From assembly GCA_951406725.2 (NCBI GenBank), contig OX597827.1, positions 65,038,001-65,102,000 on the forward strand: a stretch of 64,000 nucleotides of DNA. Direction: 5' to 3'. This DNA is from Octopus vulgaris (lineage: Eukaryota). Within the stretch, counting starts at the first letter, position 1, and each line of letters opens with the position of its first letter. Of the stretch, positions 43,251-55,124 are shown in pieces. The translations under genes and the position numbers were made by a program. The notes beneath the pieces were generated by a model that saw only the letters and a list, made by a program, of their open reading frames with translations, searched no databases and had not been told where the DNA came from.

Positions 43251-43572
43251 ATATATATGTAGATGTATTTGTATATCAATATATATTTATACACACGCAC
43301 GCGCACACATGTGTGTACGTGTCTATAGATATATATCCATATACAAATACACACGCACGCGCGCTCATGCACACACATATATCATAATACATACATACCT
43401 ATATAATTTAATGCATATATATAGCTCCAAAATATTTACAGACGAGCATTTAGTGTTATACCGCTTTAGTATTTCTGTCATAAATTTTGTTTGATACTGT
43501 GTTATTACATTCATTACATACAAAACCGTATGAAATCATATAATATATAGTATCAATATATTATCTTGCATA

Positions 43573-43785
43573 AGGCGGTGAGCTGGCAGGATATTTACTG
43601 AGCTGAGCTAAATGCTTGGAGACATTTCGCCCGTCTTTGTTTTCTGAGCTCGAATGCCCCCAAGGTCGACTTTCACTTTCATCCTTTAAGGGTCGATAAA
43701 ATAGTTACTAATTTTGTACAGGGGTCGTTGTAATTGACTTATCCCTCCCTAGAAATTGCTGTCAGTAGGCCAAAATTTGAAGCCT
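43573..43785 (+). mobile_element. SINE family B (older subfamily)
   Basis: aggcggtgagctggcagg..ggtcgactttcactttcatcctttaagggtcgataaaa. Confidence 0.8.
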
Positions 43786-44100
43786 ATATATATATATATA
43801 TATATATATCATGTATATGATAAGGTATGCTTGCTTACACCAAGGTTTCTCTTATTGTTATAGAAGTCTATCTCGCCACGAAATACTGTAGAACTTTCAG
43901 CTTAGACTAGAGCAACGTAAAATTTATTTCTTTGTTTAAGAGTACAGGCAACCCGGTCCACGATTTGATAATCATGGGACACAACCTTAAGAACTAAACC
44001 AAGTGCTCTCATTGCATTGCAAATGATAATAGATTCTTAATACGTTATTACTATCCCCGTTGTATAGAACTTAGAGAAAGTTAAACCGGTCTTACTTTAA

Positions 44101-44331
44101 GACGGCGAGCTGGCAGAAACGTTAGCACGTCGGGCGATATGCTTAGCATTATTTCGTCTGCCGCTACGTTCTGAGTTCAAATTCCGCCGAGGTCGACTTT
44201 GCCTTTCATCCTTTCGGGGTCGATTAAATAGGTACCAGTTACACACTGGGGTCGATATAATCGACTTAATCCGTTTGTCTGTCCTTGTTTGTCCTCTCTG
44301 TGTTTAGCCCCTTGTGAGTAGTAAAGAAATA
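44101..44331 (+). mobile_element. SINE family B, full length with TSD
   Basis: ggtcttactttaagacgg at 44088-44105 and 44332-44349. Confidence 0.95.
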
Positions 44332-44664
44332 GGTCTTACTTTAAGACGGAACATAGTTTTTGAACTAACTCTGCTTTAGTAAAAATGAAAACGTTGGAAA
44401 AAATTGCTTCGAATCCATAACTGCAGGAAAAAAAATATAAACAGACATTAGCAAGTATTTTCGGGATTTAACTTCAAACTCAAATAAAGGTAGTTTATCA
44501 ACCGTGAAATTGGATATGTCCTGTTCTGATATCCTTCTATTAATCCTGTAATAAACATAACTGACATGAGTGTATCAAAGCATGGATACAAACAAATACA
44601 TAAAAAAACATAGAAATGCATATATACATACATGTATACATATATATATGTATATATATATACG

Positions 44665-44734
<70 letters not shown>

Positions 44735-44875
44735 TATATGTATATGTGTGTGTAATGTCAACGAATACATAACGGATATAGAATGTAATGTATATAGTAT
44801 AAAATGATGCATGTATATACACATACACATGAACATGTTTACGTATGTTTATATTCACATGTGTCTGCATGTCTG

Positions 44876-44910
<35 letters not shown>

Positions 44911-45054
44911 ATACATATCTACATATATATGTATGTATATGTATGCATATATGTGTGTGTGTATGTTTGTGCGCGCGCGCGTGTGTGTGAGTGTGTGAGT
45001 GTGTGCATGTATTGACACACACACACATCAGTCTTATTTATTGCAAGGTTGATA

Positions 45055-45190
45055 AGCGCAAGCATGGCTGCGAGGTAAACTTTCTTCCCAAGAACATGCT
45101 TTCGGGTTCTCTCCCACTGCGTGGCACCTTGGGATGAAGAAAGCCTAGCAAGGATTTGATAGACGGAATCTGAAAAAAGCCCGTCGCATA
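45055..45190 (+). mobile_element. SINE family A, degenerate 5' half
   Basis: cccactgcgtggcaccttggg..ggatttgatagacggaatctgaaaaaagcccgtcg. Confidence 0.75.
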
Positions 45191-45295
45191 CGTTTATATA
45201 TATTTGTGAGTGTGTACATATAATCTATATATGTATTTACACATAGAAGCACATACACACATTTACATACAAACACACACACGCACATATCTATG

Positions 45296-45332
<37 letters not shown>

Positions 45333-45337
<5 letters not shown>

Positions 45338-45783
45338 TTAGATAAACTTAGATATGTTTCGACCAAAGATTGGTCCAGGCCATGTCTAACTTAATAGCAC
45401 CACCTGATAGGATTATTCGAATCCTGTTTAAGTCAATATTTGTTTAAGTCAAGTTTTGTTCAAGTAGTGAGTGCTTGTTGGGTGAGTTGTATCAAGTTTT
45501 GTTCAAGTAGTGAGTTCTTGTTGGGTCAGTTGTATCCAATTATGGGTGACTTATCTGGTATTCTTTGAAGGAATCTATCCAGACTCCGTTTAAAGTTGAT
45601 GGGATCCTTTTCCTCGTTGATCTCCCTCGGGACAATGTTAAATAGCGCAGGGCCTGTTGAGGAGAAGAAATTATGTTGCAGTGTACATGTATGTTGTAAT
45701 CTTGAATTGGGCAGGGGACGTATGGCCCGTGGTCCCAGTCTTGGATGAACCTTGAAGCTAATGTTAAGGTCGTTTGGGCAATG
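45333..45783 (-). pseudogene. 3' end of a CR1/L2-group LINE (ORF2 C-terminus, 3'UTR, tandem tail)
   Basis: HPRLGPRAIRP..FFSSTGPALFNIVPREINEEKDPINFKRSLDRFLQRIPDKSPIIGY; tail ggtggtgc..catggcc..ggtcgaaaca(tatctaagtt)2; ~43-bp tandem duplication in the UTR. Confidence 0.8.
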
Positions 45784-46550
45784 TGTATATATGTATATAT
45801 ACTGCAAACACACACATACATCAACGTCATCATGTGCAAGTTACTTATAAACGGCTAACGACATTTTCTACGGTCAATTTAGTTTTTGTGGAATGTGCAT
45901 TTAAATAACCTTAGATGTATGTTATTGCTTGTTCATACCAACCAAAATATATTTCATTTGATTCTATCAAAACTATTCAAACGTCTGTAACACTCTCTGC
46001 TAAGTAATCGTCTTTAATATAAATTCATTTCGTACTATATATTTAATCAGTAATTTTACACATAATAATGTAGGGGAAATACGAAATTTCCTGTTTTTAA
46101 CCTCGTAATTTTATCCTCATTTATTGTGGTTTTACTTTGATATATTTTTCATAATAAAATTTCCTATTAATCTTATGGAGCACTAAAATAATTAGTAGCC
46201 TTCCCTACCCGTAAACCGTTTTCTCTGAAGTTTTAAATTAGGATCAATATTTTACAAGCGCCGTTTTATAAACGTGGACAATAAAATTAAAAGTTAATAG
46301 CGCCAGTCGTCAGCCATATTTTTTGTTATATTTTTCATTGAAACGAACTTCCTCGTGCCAGCTAGTGTCTAGCCATTTGTGATATGAAAGCTCATTCTTA
46401 GTAACAATTTAATTCCTTGCAAAGTGGAACACCTGTGACGGCCTTACGATTTGAGCTATCGTTGGTCACGCTGTGAAATGTTGTATAAAATGGTATAATA
46501 TACATGACGTATATGAAGTAATATAACACTACATAATATAGACTATGAAA

Positions 46551-46585
<35 letters not shown>

Positions 46586-46646
46586 ACACACACACGTATA
46601 TGTGTATGTATGTATGTATGCATGTATGTATGTATGTATGTATGTA

Positions 46647-47044
46647 GGGCGGAGGAACTCTTCAGAGTCAACGGCCATCCAATAAATGTCTTAAGGCTGG
46701 ATCATGCGTGGGGACATAGAAATAATCGGACTGAATACCCGATCGCGCTGTTAAACCATTGGGAGTGAAGGACTCCTAGCATTTGTTAGGGCATCCTTCT
46801 AGGAGAAGTTAACTGAAGTAACTGGGATAACTCCGATATAAAACCTGCGGCTCAGTGGTTACCGATGATGTTGACTTGTTCTTCTTTTCGGATTATGGCT
46901 GCTGTTGCTTAGTGAGTGGGATTGACTCAGTGCACAGCCTTTCCCCACTTAAAAAAAATCTTCTTGCACAGGCATTGCACGATAACAACATTGATTAAGC
47001 TTCGCGTGGAAGAAGATTAAGCTTCGTGGAAGAAGACATCCACC
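46647..47044 (+). mobile_element. ~400-bp non-coding insert within (TATG)n, resembling a LINE 5'UTR
   Basis: Complex sequence bounded by (TATG)n on both sides; contains gggcatccttctaggagaag, a motif reminiscent of non-LTR 5' regions; ends ccacc just before ATG. Confidence 0.4.
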
Positions 47045-47095
47045 ATGTATGTATGTATGTGTGTATGCATGTATGTATGTGTGTATGTATGTATG

Positions 47096-47220
47096 TCATT
47101 ATTCAGTTTGTTTCAAGATTTCTTGCCAACAGAGAAAGAACCGGTTTCTAACTCAGATCCAAGGTTCCTTCTGCAGATTTGTATGTTTTATGTATGTTTT
47201 CTCATACATATAGTTAAACT
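47096..47220 (-). mobile_element. Short 3' terminus of the (CATA)n-associated RLE LINE
   Basis: tcattattcagttt..tttcttgccaacagag..gtttctaac..aaggttcctt..gcagatttgtatgttttatg matches 41236-41640. Confidence 0.7.
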
Positions 47221-47265
47221 ATATATGTATGTATGTATGTTTATATGTAAATATAATACACGCAT

Positions 47266-47308
<43 letters not shown>

Positions 47309-47334
47309 GTTGCTCAAGATGGCCTACAACTGCA

Positions 47335-47553
47335 AAATTTACTCTTACTTCGCCGGTTTCCGCGGTGTGTGTATTCTCTTGCTGGGCGGGAAGCCAGTCC
47401 ATCGCAGGATTACTCACTTTTGCTAGCTGAGTGTAATCAGCATCATAGAATGAAGCGCTTTGCTCAAGAACACAGCATCTCCCCGTTTAAGAATCGAAAC
47501 CACAATGCTACGATCATTAGTGCAACAACCTGCCTTTAAGCTACGCATCTCCA
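47335..47553 (-). mobile_element. Degenerate tRNA-derived SINE (CORE-like middle, family-C-like tail)
   Basis: rc ggtttcgattc..tgttcttgagcaaagcgcttcatt..cctgcgatggactggcttcccg..gaaaccgg. Confidence 0.6.
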
Positions 47554-48061
47554 CTTTCATATAACGATAAAAACTAATCATCTGCGAAGTATTATCAAAT
47601 ATAAACGTGTTTAATTATAATACATATGAAATATATGATTGCCTGTTATTTTCCAACTCTACAGAAAGACTTCTGTAATTGTCGGCCGAATGGTGTAGTT
47701 ATTGACGGTAATTAGACGCGTGCTCAGTTTCTTGGTTCAGCAATTATGTACTTTAATAAAAGTAATACGCATCCTCTGTAATATTTTCGCTTTTGACTTT
47801 TTTAAAACCTTCATTCGACATTTTTATGTTCTAAACATCAGAAATTCTTATATTGCACTCGCAACACTGGGAAGTATCTCGTTTGTTTCTGTTTCAATGT
47901 AAACACCACGAGTTGTTATTTCTCCTAAGTAGAACTTCAGGATGTTATCAAGGAGAATGCAAAGTAGGATAGAATCGACCTGAAAGCCATCTTTCAATCA
48001 AGTCTGTGCCCATCCATGATTAATAGCGAGCCACAAGACTGAATTCTTGATAAGGAAGATG

Positions 48062-48378
48062 TAGTCTCTGGAAAGTTCGTGCCGATTTATAGTAGCTTAC
48101 CTTTAGACTTATTTTAGAACATGGTTGAGTCCATAAAATAGGATTTGACTACGCCTCCATTTAGATCACAGTTTAAGCTATCTTTTCGTGGAAGAAGATT
48201 CATGTTCCTATAACCTGTGTTAATTCTGTAACCCTTTAAAGTAGAAGATAAGAAAGTTCATTTTCGGCACTTGATGCTTTGGGAACCAGACAAAAATTGC
48301 TGCAGCTCGGCTGGGATGTGTAACCCCACCCTCCTTATTCACCAGATATTGCTCCTCCGGATTTCCACTTCTTCAATC
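48062..48378 (+). mobile_element. Internally deleted mariner element
   Basis: TIR-like ggaaagttcgtgccgattt; EDKKVHFRHLML joined to TRQKLLQLGWDV*PHPPYSPDIAPPDFHFF. Confidence 0.85.
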
Positions 48379-48480
48379 TTATTGCCGGTTTTCTGGCGGT
48401 ATACGGCTTTGCATTGTCTTGTTGAAACAAAGCACGTTTTTGACGAACAGGTTTTGGTAAATTTTTCAACCAGCGCATCG
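48379..48480 (-). pseudogene. Inverted mariner catalytic fragment
   Basis: KRALFQQDNAKPYTARK (second catalytic D motif). Confidence 0.7.
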
Positions 48481-48816
48481 TAAACTCCATCAAGCTGCTC
48501 GCAGTGAAGGTCAGCATTGTTGGCGCGGCCCTTCGGGACAATTTCGGTGTACGAACTTTTCCCATCAACCTAATATTTCTGCTAGAAGCAATCGAAATTT
48601 TGACGAAATCACAATACATTTATCTGGGTCTGATACACTAACTTTTTCATACACTAGCTACTGCTTGTCTATGTAAATACACTCAATTTCACCAAGTATT
48701 GTAAAGCTATACCAAGTATGGTAAACCGTACGCTTACATACGTACACACAAGCATAGAAATGTACATATATATATATATGTATTTATACACACATATACA
48801 TACATACACACATATG

Positions 48817-48896
<80 letters not shown>

Positions 48897-49818
48897 TATA
48901 CACACGCATATATTTATGATAGAGGAGTATTAAAATCGGGATGTCATAATTTGGAACATAAAAAACTTAACATAGCTTTAGTGTTTTTGAACTACTGAAG
49001 CGAATAAGTGAATACTTTAATAAAAGTAATACGCATCCTCTGTAATATTTTCGCTTTTGACTTTTTTAAAACCTTCATTCGACATTTTTATGTTCTAAAC
49101 ATCAGAAATTCTTATATTGCAGCAAACAAATATGGATATTTATTCCAAACCGTCCGTGTAGCTGAAAACACGTAGAATGTTACAGTAATATGATAAGCAG
49201 CGAAACATTGTAAAGGCTTTTAATCCACGGTGGGGAAGGGAAAAGATTCAACATATAAATTGGGAGGTCAAAGTTTCAATACTACGGAAATTGGTTAAGA
49301 AGGTCGCAGGAATTGCAAGACGGATTCTTCAAGCCATGCCAACCAGCAAGAGAAATAAAGAAGAACGAGAACAAAATAGTTGGATGATATCAATAGTCTG
49401 AGTTGGCCACGTTTGGAATCTAGCCGGAAAATCTAATCACAATTGCTTTTGATAGGATCCCTTGGTGGAGGTATCTGAGGAATGTAGCCGCACGACTCTT
49501 CCAGGAATAGTGAGCAGAGAAGGTTGCTGGATGGAACGAACGCTTTCCATCTCATTGATGTTTAAAACAGAATTTCGAAGACTTATGGGAGAAAACAAAA
49601 AGAAAGCAAGTTATTAGTGGAATACTGAAGTAAATAGAAAGAAATAACAGATGGTATGGTAAAAAGTTAGAGGGTAAAAGAATAAGGGTTACTGTCGAAG
49701 AGCGAAAGGTAGATAGATAAATAGAAATAAAGGGAGGTAATAGTCTAAGAAAGAGTGCTACATGTAGAAATAATCTTTTTGTATTCTAGGCACAAGTCCC
49801 GAAATTTATATACATATA

Positions 49819-49877
<59 letters not shown>

Positions 49878-49886
49878 CATATATAC

Positions 49887-49932
<46 letters not shown>

Positions 49933-49972
49933 AGTGTGTGTGTGTGTGTGTGTGTGTCTATGTGTGTGTATG

Positions 49973-50004
<32 letters not shown>

Positions 50005-50065
50005 TATATGTGTGTATGTGTATGTATATATATACATACACATACACACATATATATAGGTGCAG

Positions 50066-51030
50066 GATGTAACCAACGGTGAAAATAACATGAAATACGT
50101 AAACAACAATGAAGAAATGGAAACAGAAAAAGGACCATTTATCAGTTGTCGGATGTCTATCTACTCGTCATTTTGAGCATTCGACAACAATATGAGTCTT
50201 CAAAGAAAGTTGCTCCCATAGTTTCTAAAATATAATTTAGGATTTATGGAGGGTCAACGTTGGGAACAAAAACATATGAGAGGAGATATACAAGAAAACA
50301 GAAAGAGGATTAACGTGGAAGGTCGTTAGACAAGAACGAGAGAAAAATAGTGAACACTGTAAGAAACATTCTTTTGAAAAGAGAAAAGAATGAACAGAGA
50401 GAGAAAAACGTTCGCACATTTGAATGTCTGTGTAGGAAAAGAAAGATGGACGATGGTGTCGTGTCAGCAACGAGAGGGAGAGAGAGAGAGAGAAATAAAA
50501 GAGAAAGAATAGAAAGAGAAAAAGAGAAAGAAGGGAGAGAGAGACACATAGAAAACTTGACCATCGTCTATCGAAACTTCTCCTCACGTGACGTTCAAAA
50601 GAATGGACGTGTTTCTTTTGGTGCACAGACGTTGAAAAGGATGGACGTGTTTTTACTTCTCTCTTAAAGCTTTTCTCTTTTCAAAAAATATTTCTCACAG
50701 CATTCACTATTCTTCTATCGTTCTGGTCTGACGATCTCCTCCATGTCTGTTTTCGTTCGGTTTCCTTGATGGTCTCCACTGTCATGTTTCGTTCCCAACT
50801 TTACCCTGCCTAAATCCTTAATTCTAGTTTAGAATTTATGGGAGCAACTGTCTTCGAAGACTCATATTGTCGTTGAATGCTCGAAATAATGATTAGATAG
50901 ACAGCCGACAACTGATTAAGTGTCATTTCTCTCTGTTTACTTGTGCTGTCTTCCATCTTTCCTCGCTTTTTACGTATTTAACTGGTTTGTTTACATATTT
51001 CATGCTATTTGCACCGTTGGTGGCGTCCTG
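50066..51030. repeat. Two diverged copies of a ~370-bp repeat in inverted orientation
   Basis: 50066-50435 (ccaacggtgaaaataacatgaaatac..atcagttgtcgg..gttgctcccata) vs rc of ~50620-51030. Confidence 0.8.
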
Positions 51031-51662
51031 TACACATATATGCATACATGTATATATATATTACTGATTATATATAAATATATGTATATACATAGACAGA
51101 TATGTATACACACGCACAAATACATACGTGAGACAGTTCTTTAATATAATGTAGTGGAATGCTGCAGAATTTTGTATCATATACGCATGCACATACACAT
51201 GAACACACAAAATCACACGCATATACACACGCACACACATTCATATATGTGTACGAATGCGTGTGTCTACAGGTATTTATAATGACGCATTTTGTATTAA
51301 AATGTAATTTTATATCCTTGGGGACATAGTAACATACACACATATATATATACAAGCAGTCTACGCATACGTGTGTTTTTGTGTGTGAGTGTCTATAAGA
51401 AGATGTTTACTTGTTTGTATGTGTATGTATGTCTGTTGTGCGTGTGTATGTGTGAGGATAAATGGTTAACTCTAATGTAAAAGAATAACAAAAAACAAAG
51501 CAAAAGACAAAACAAAAAAGGAGAGAGAGTCAGCAATTATTATACAATCTTTCAAACATATTGGAGATGAGAGATAGACAAGTGAAGGAATAACAAACCC
51601 CTTTCACTACAACCGATATTGTCACCGCTACCTCCAATCCGCCCCCCCCATCTGTCATAGTG

Positions 51663-51700
<38 letters not shown>

Positions 51701-51801
51701 AATAATCACTTGCAGCAGCACTATTGCTATTAAAACTATCAACAGCCGCTCAATAAGAAACCTGAATCTATTATGTATTTGTGTGTGTGTGTGTACACAT
51801 T

Positions 51802-51900
<99 letters not shown>

Positions 51901-51910
51901 TATATATTAT

Positions 51911-51982
<72 letters not shown>

Positions 51983-52494
51983 GTCTTAAGTTTGATTGTT
52001 TTTATTTATCAAAGAATACGTACATAAATTGTCTGAATGTGTGCTTGTATGTATAACTGTATGCGTGCTTGCGCGTGTGTGGTTTGTGTGTGAGTGCGCG
52101 CGCGCGGTTTTATGTATATATGTGTGTGTGTGTATGTGTGTGTAACTGCCTGTATGTATACCTGTGAAATTCTTTAACTGTATTTCTTTTCATAGTTTGT
52201 AACATTTTTAAAAGGTTTCCATTAGATAAAAATTGTGAAAAGACGGTACTAATGTGAAATCACAAATACAGTTTAAAGACAAAAGTCTCTGAATACTGAA
52301 TGAATAAAAAAAAGTCTTTATTGTTGTAGTCAAAAGTTTCCATTCAAAATCAATTGGTTTTGTTATTCTTTGGTTTCCGAATATTTCTTTTGCTACATTC
52401 CATTTCTTATCTCTCATCAGTTTTATGATAAATAATGGCTTGTGATTTTGGTACAAAGCCAGCCGTTTTGTTGGGTGTTTCTTAGTCGATATCA

Positions 52495-52640
52495 TCGATC
52501 CCAATATAATATTTTATCGACCACAAAGGGATGAAAGGCTTACAGCTGATCTCGTGGGGTTGGAACTGAGAATGTAAAGATCCGGAAGAAATACCACAAC
52601 ATTTTTTCAGATGAACCAACGATGTTGTCAACCCTCTGCT
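52495..52640 (-). mobile_element. Degenerate SINE family B
   Basis: attttatcgaccacaaagggatgaaaggc..tggaactgagaatg. Confidence 0.6.
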
Positions 52641-52684
52641 TCCCGAAATGAGAACGCAATTTTTGTTGTATTTTAATTATTTAT

Positions 52685-52986
52685 GCACCCTTTTCCAGCC
52701 TAGCCAGGCTCATGGACCCGGTTTCCCAGTTTCTATGGCGTATGTGTTACCCCCAGCTGGACGGGACGCCAGTCCATTGCAGAGTTACTCAAGAAACAGG
52801 AAGAAAGTGTGAGAGAAAGTTGGGACGAATGAGTACAACGGGGGTCGCCACCAACGCCCGCCGGAGCCTCGCGGAGCTTTAGGTGTTTTCGCTCAATAAA
52901 CACACATAACGCCCGGTCTGGGAATCGAAACCGCTATCCTCCAACCGCAAGTCCGCTGCCCTAAAGCCTGGGCCATTGCGCCTCCA
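52685..52986 (-). mobile_element. SINE family C, full length
   Basis: rc tggaggcgcaatggcccaggctttagggcagcggacttgcgg..ggtttcgattcccagacc. Confidence 0.9.
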
Positions 52987-53479
52987 CAGACTTTTGTTGT
53001 AGTTGATTTTAATTTCAAAATCCATTTCTTATTACTTATCAATTTTCTCTTAAATAATGCTTTCTGATTTTTGAACAAGATCAGCAAATTTACATTGTGC
53101 TTGTTAGTATGTATCCTTCGCCCCAACACAAAATTAGAAATAATTTATTTACCTTAAAATGCTTGCAGTGCACAGTTTGTCTGGGTGTGATTCGAACCGC
53201 AAATGAAAAGATCTTGAAGAAATATAACCATGAATTTGTCCTATACACTAACGTGTCTCTTAGGTCAACTTTCCCTTTTGTATTGTTTCCTGATCTCGGC
53301 ACGAAACCAGAAATTTGGATGGTTGGATATACTGATGACTCCATTACAAGTCAGGAACTTTCTTTCTATTGATCTTAGAGGGATAAAAATAACGTTCACC
53401 CGGGTGAAATTAGAACTCAGAATATAAAGGAGCGAAAGAAATAACACAAACCTCTATTTCGATGCTCTAATGATTCTGG

Positions 53480-53790
53480 TGGATGCGCAATGGCCCCGCG
53501 GTTAGGGCAGCGGTCTCGCGGTCGGAGGTTCGCGGTTTCAATTCCCAGACCTGACGTTGTGTGTGTTTATTGAGCGAAAACACCTAAAATCTCCACGAGG
53601 CTTCGGCAGGGAGTAGTGGCGACCACTGTTGTACTCTTTCGCCACAACTTTTTCTCACTCTCTTTTCCTGTTCCTTGAGTAACGCTGCAATGGACTGGCG
53701 TCCCGTCCAGCTGGGAGAGGGACACATACGCCACAGAAACCGGGAAACCGGGTCCATGAGCCTGGTTAGACTTAAAAGGGGCGATGTTTA
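53480..53790 (+). mobile_element. SINE family C, full length with TSD
   Basis: TSD taatgattctgg at 53468-53479 and 53802-53813. Confidence 0.9.
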
Positions 53791-54060
53791 TCGTATCGCT
53801 TTAATGATTCTGGCAACTCATCGACTTTGTTGTATGTTTCTAAACATGGCAAGAGACCAACAATGATGCGGTATGTATGTCAGTCAAATCCATTGACGCA
53901 AATACATGTCGGGCACCAACCCTGGATGGATGAAAGGCAATGTTAAATTTCGCAGAATACGAACTCTGACTCTAAAAATCCGGAAGTAATACTGCTAAAT
54001 ATTTTTACAATATTTTAATGATTTTGCTTCCTCACCGTCAACCGTTTATGTTATATAATA

Positions 54061-54707
54061 CAGGGTCTCTAAGGCGGTGAGCTGGCAGAAACGTTAGGAC
54101 GTCGGGCGAAATGCGTAGCCGTATTTCGTCTGCCGTGACGTTCTGAGTTCAAATTCCGTCGTGGTCGACTTTGCTTTTCATCCTTTCGGGGTCGATAAAT
54201 TAAGTACCAGTTACGCACTGGGGTCGATATAATCGACATAATCCGTTTGTCTGTCCTTGTTTGTCCCCTCTGTGTTTGGCCCCTTGTGGGTAGTAAAGAA
54301 ATAGGTATTTCGTCTGCCGCTACGTTCTGAATTCAAATTCCGCCGAGGTCGACTTTACCTTTCATCCTTTCGGGGTAGATAAATTAAGTACCAGTTTCGC
54401 ACTGGGGTCGATGTAATCGACTTAATCCGTTTGTCTGCCATTGTTTGTCCCCTCTATGTTTAGCCCCTTGTGGACAATAAAGAAATACATAATACAGGGT
54501 CTCCAAGAAGTCGCGCACCATTCTGATTTTCATTTAAAATAATTAAAGCATTTTTTGAATTATATTTTTTCTGCATGTTTTATTGTAGAGGGTGCTCAAT
54601 TTGAGCATTTGTTACGATTAATTTCAATAAAGTGCTTTTGAAATAAATAATGATGTATTCATTTTTAAAAAAAAAAAAGGATGGTGCGCAACTTCTGGGA
54701 CACCCTG
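54061..54707. mobile_element. Tc1/mariner-type MITE (~213 bp) whose left TIR is interrupted by a SINE dimer
   Basis: TA|cagggtctccaagaagtcgcgcaccat ... atggtgcgcaacttctgggacaccctg|TA. Confidence 0.85.
54071..54487 (+). mobile_element. Head-to-tail SINE family B dimer within one TSD
   Basis: Full copy 54071-54303 plus 5'-truncated copy 54304-54487; TSD ataatacagggtctc at 54055-54069 and 54489-54503. Confidence 0.92.
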
Positions 54708-55018
54708 TATAATATACGAATACCTGTTCCAGATCTGAACGACTGCTTTGTCGATACTAATGGACGAGTATTCACTTTGATTGTTCAAGGATTCTGTAAA
54801 CTAAATCGATTGTAACTTGGGTATTTTACAAACAAGATCTGACAATTATCTGTGAGCGGGTATAACATGTCAACGTAAATCGTGTTTTCCCCAATTGTTT
54901 TAGATACCTATGTATTCCCGAGTTCAATCAGAAATCATCGCGTCTCCCATTCTCTCTTCCTCTCACCTTCTTACCCAGTGGCACATTAAGTATGTGACTG
55001 CAGGAAAGAGAGTGAGTA

Positions 55019-55053
<35 letters not shown>

Positions 55054-55124
55054 GAAAGAAAGAGAGATTGAGAGAGAGAGAGAGAGAGATATGCTCAGAC
55101 AATTGGCTGAGTAATTTTCAGCTG

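Larger units (their letters stand above)
47749..49121. repeat. 109-bp exact direct repeat (47749-47857 and 49013-49121)
   Basis: tactttaataaaagtaatacgcatcc...gaaattcttatattgca is identical at both positions. Confidence 0.9.
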
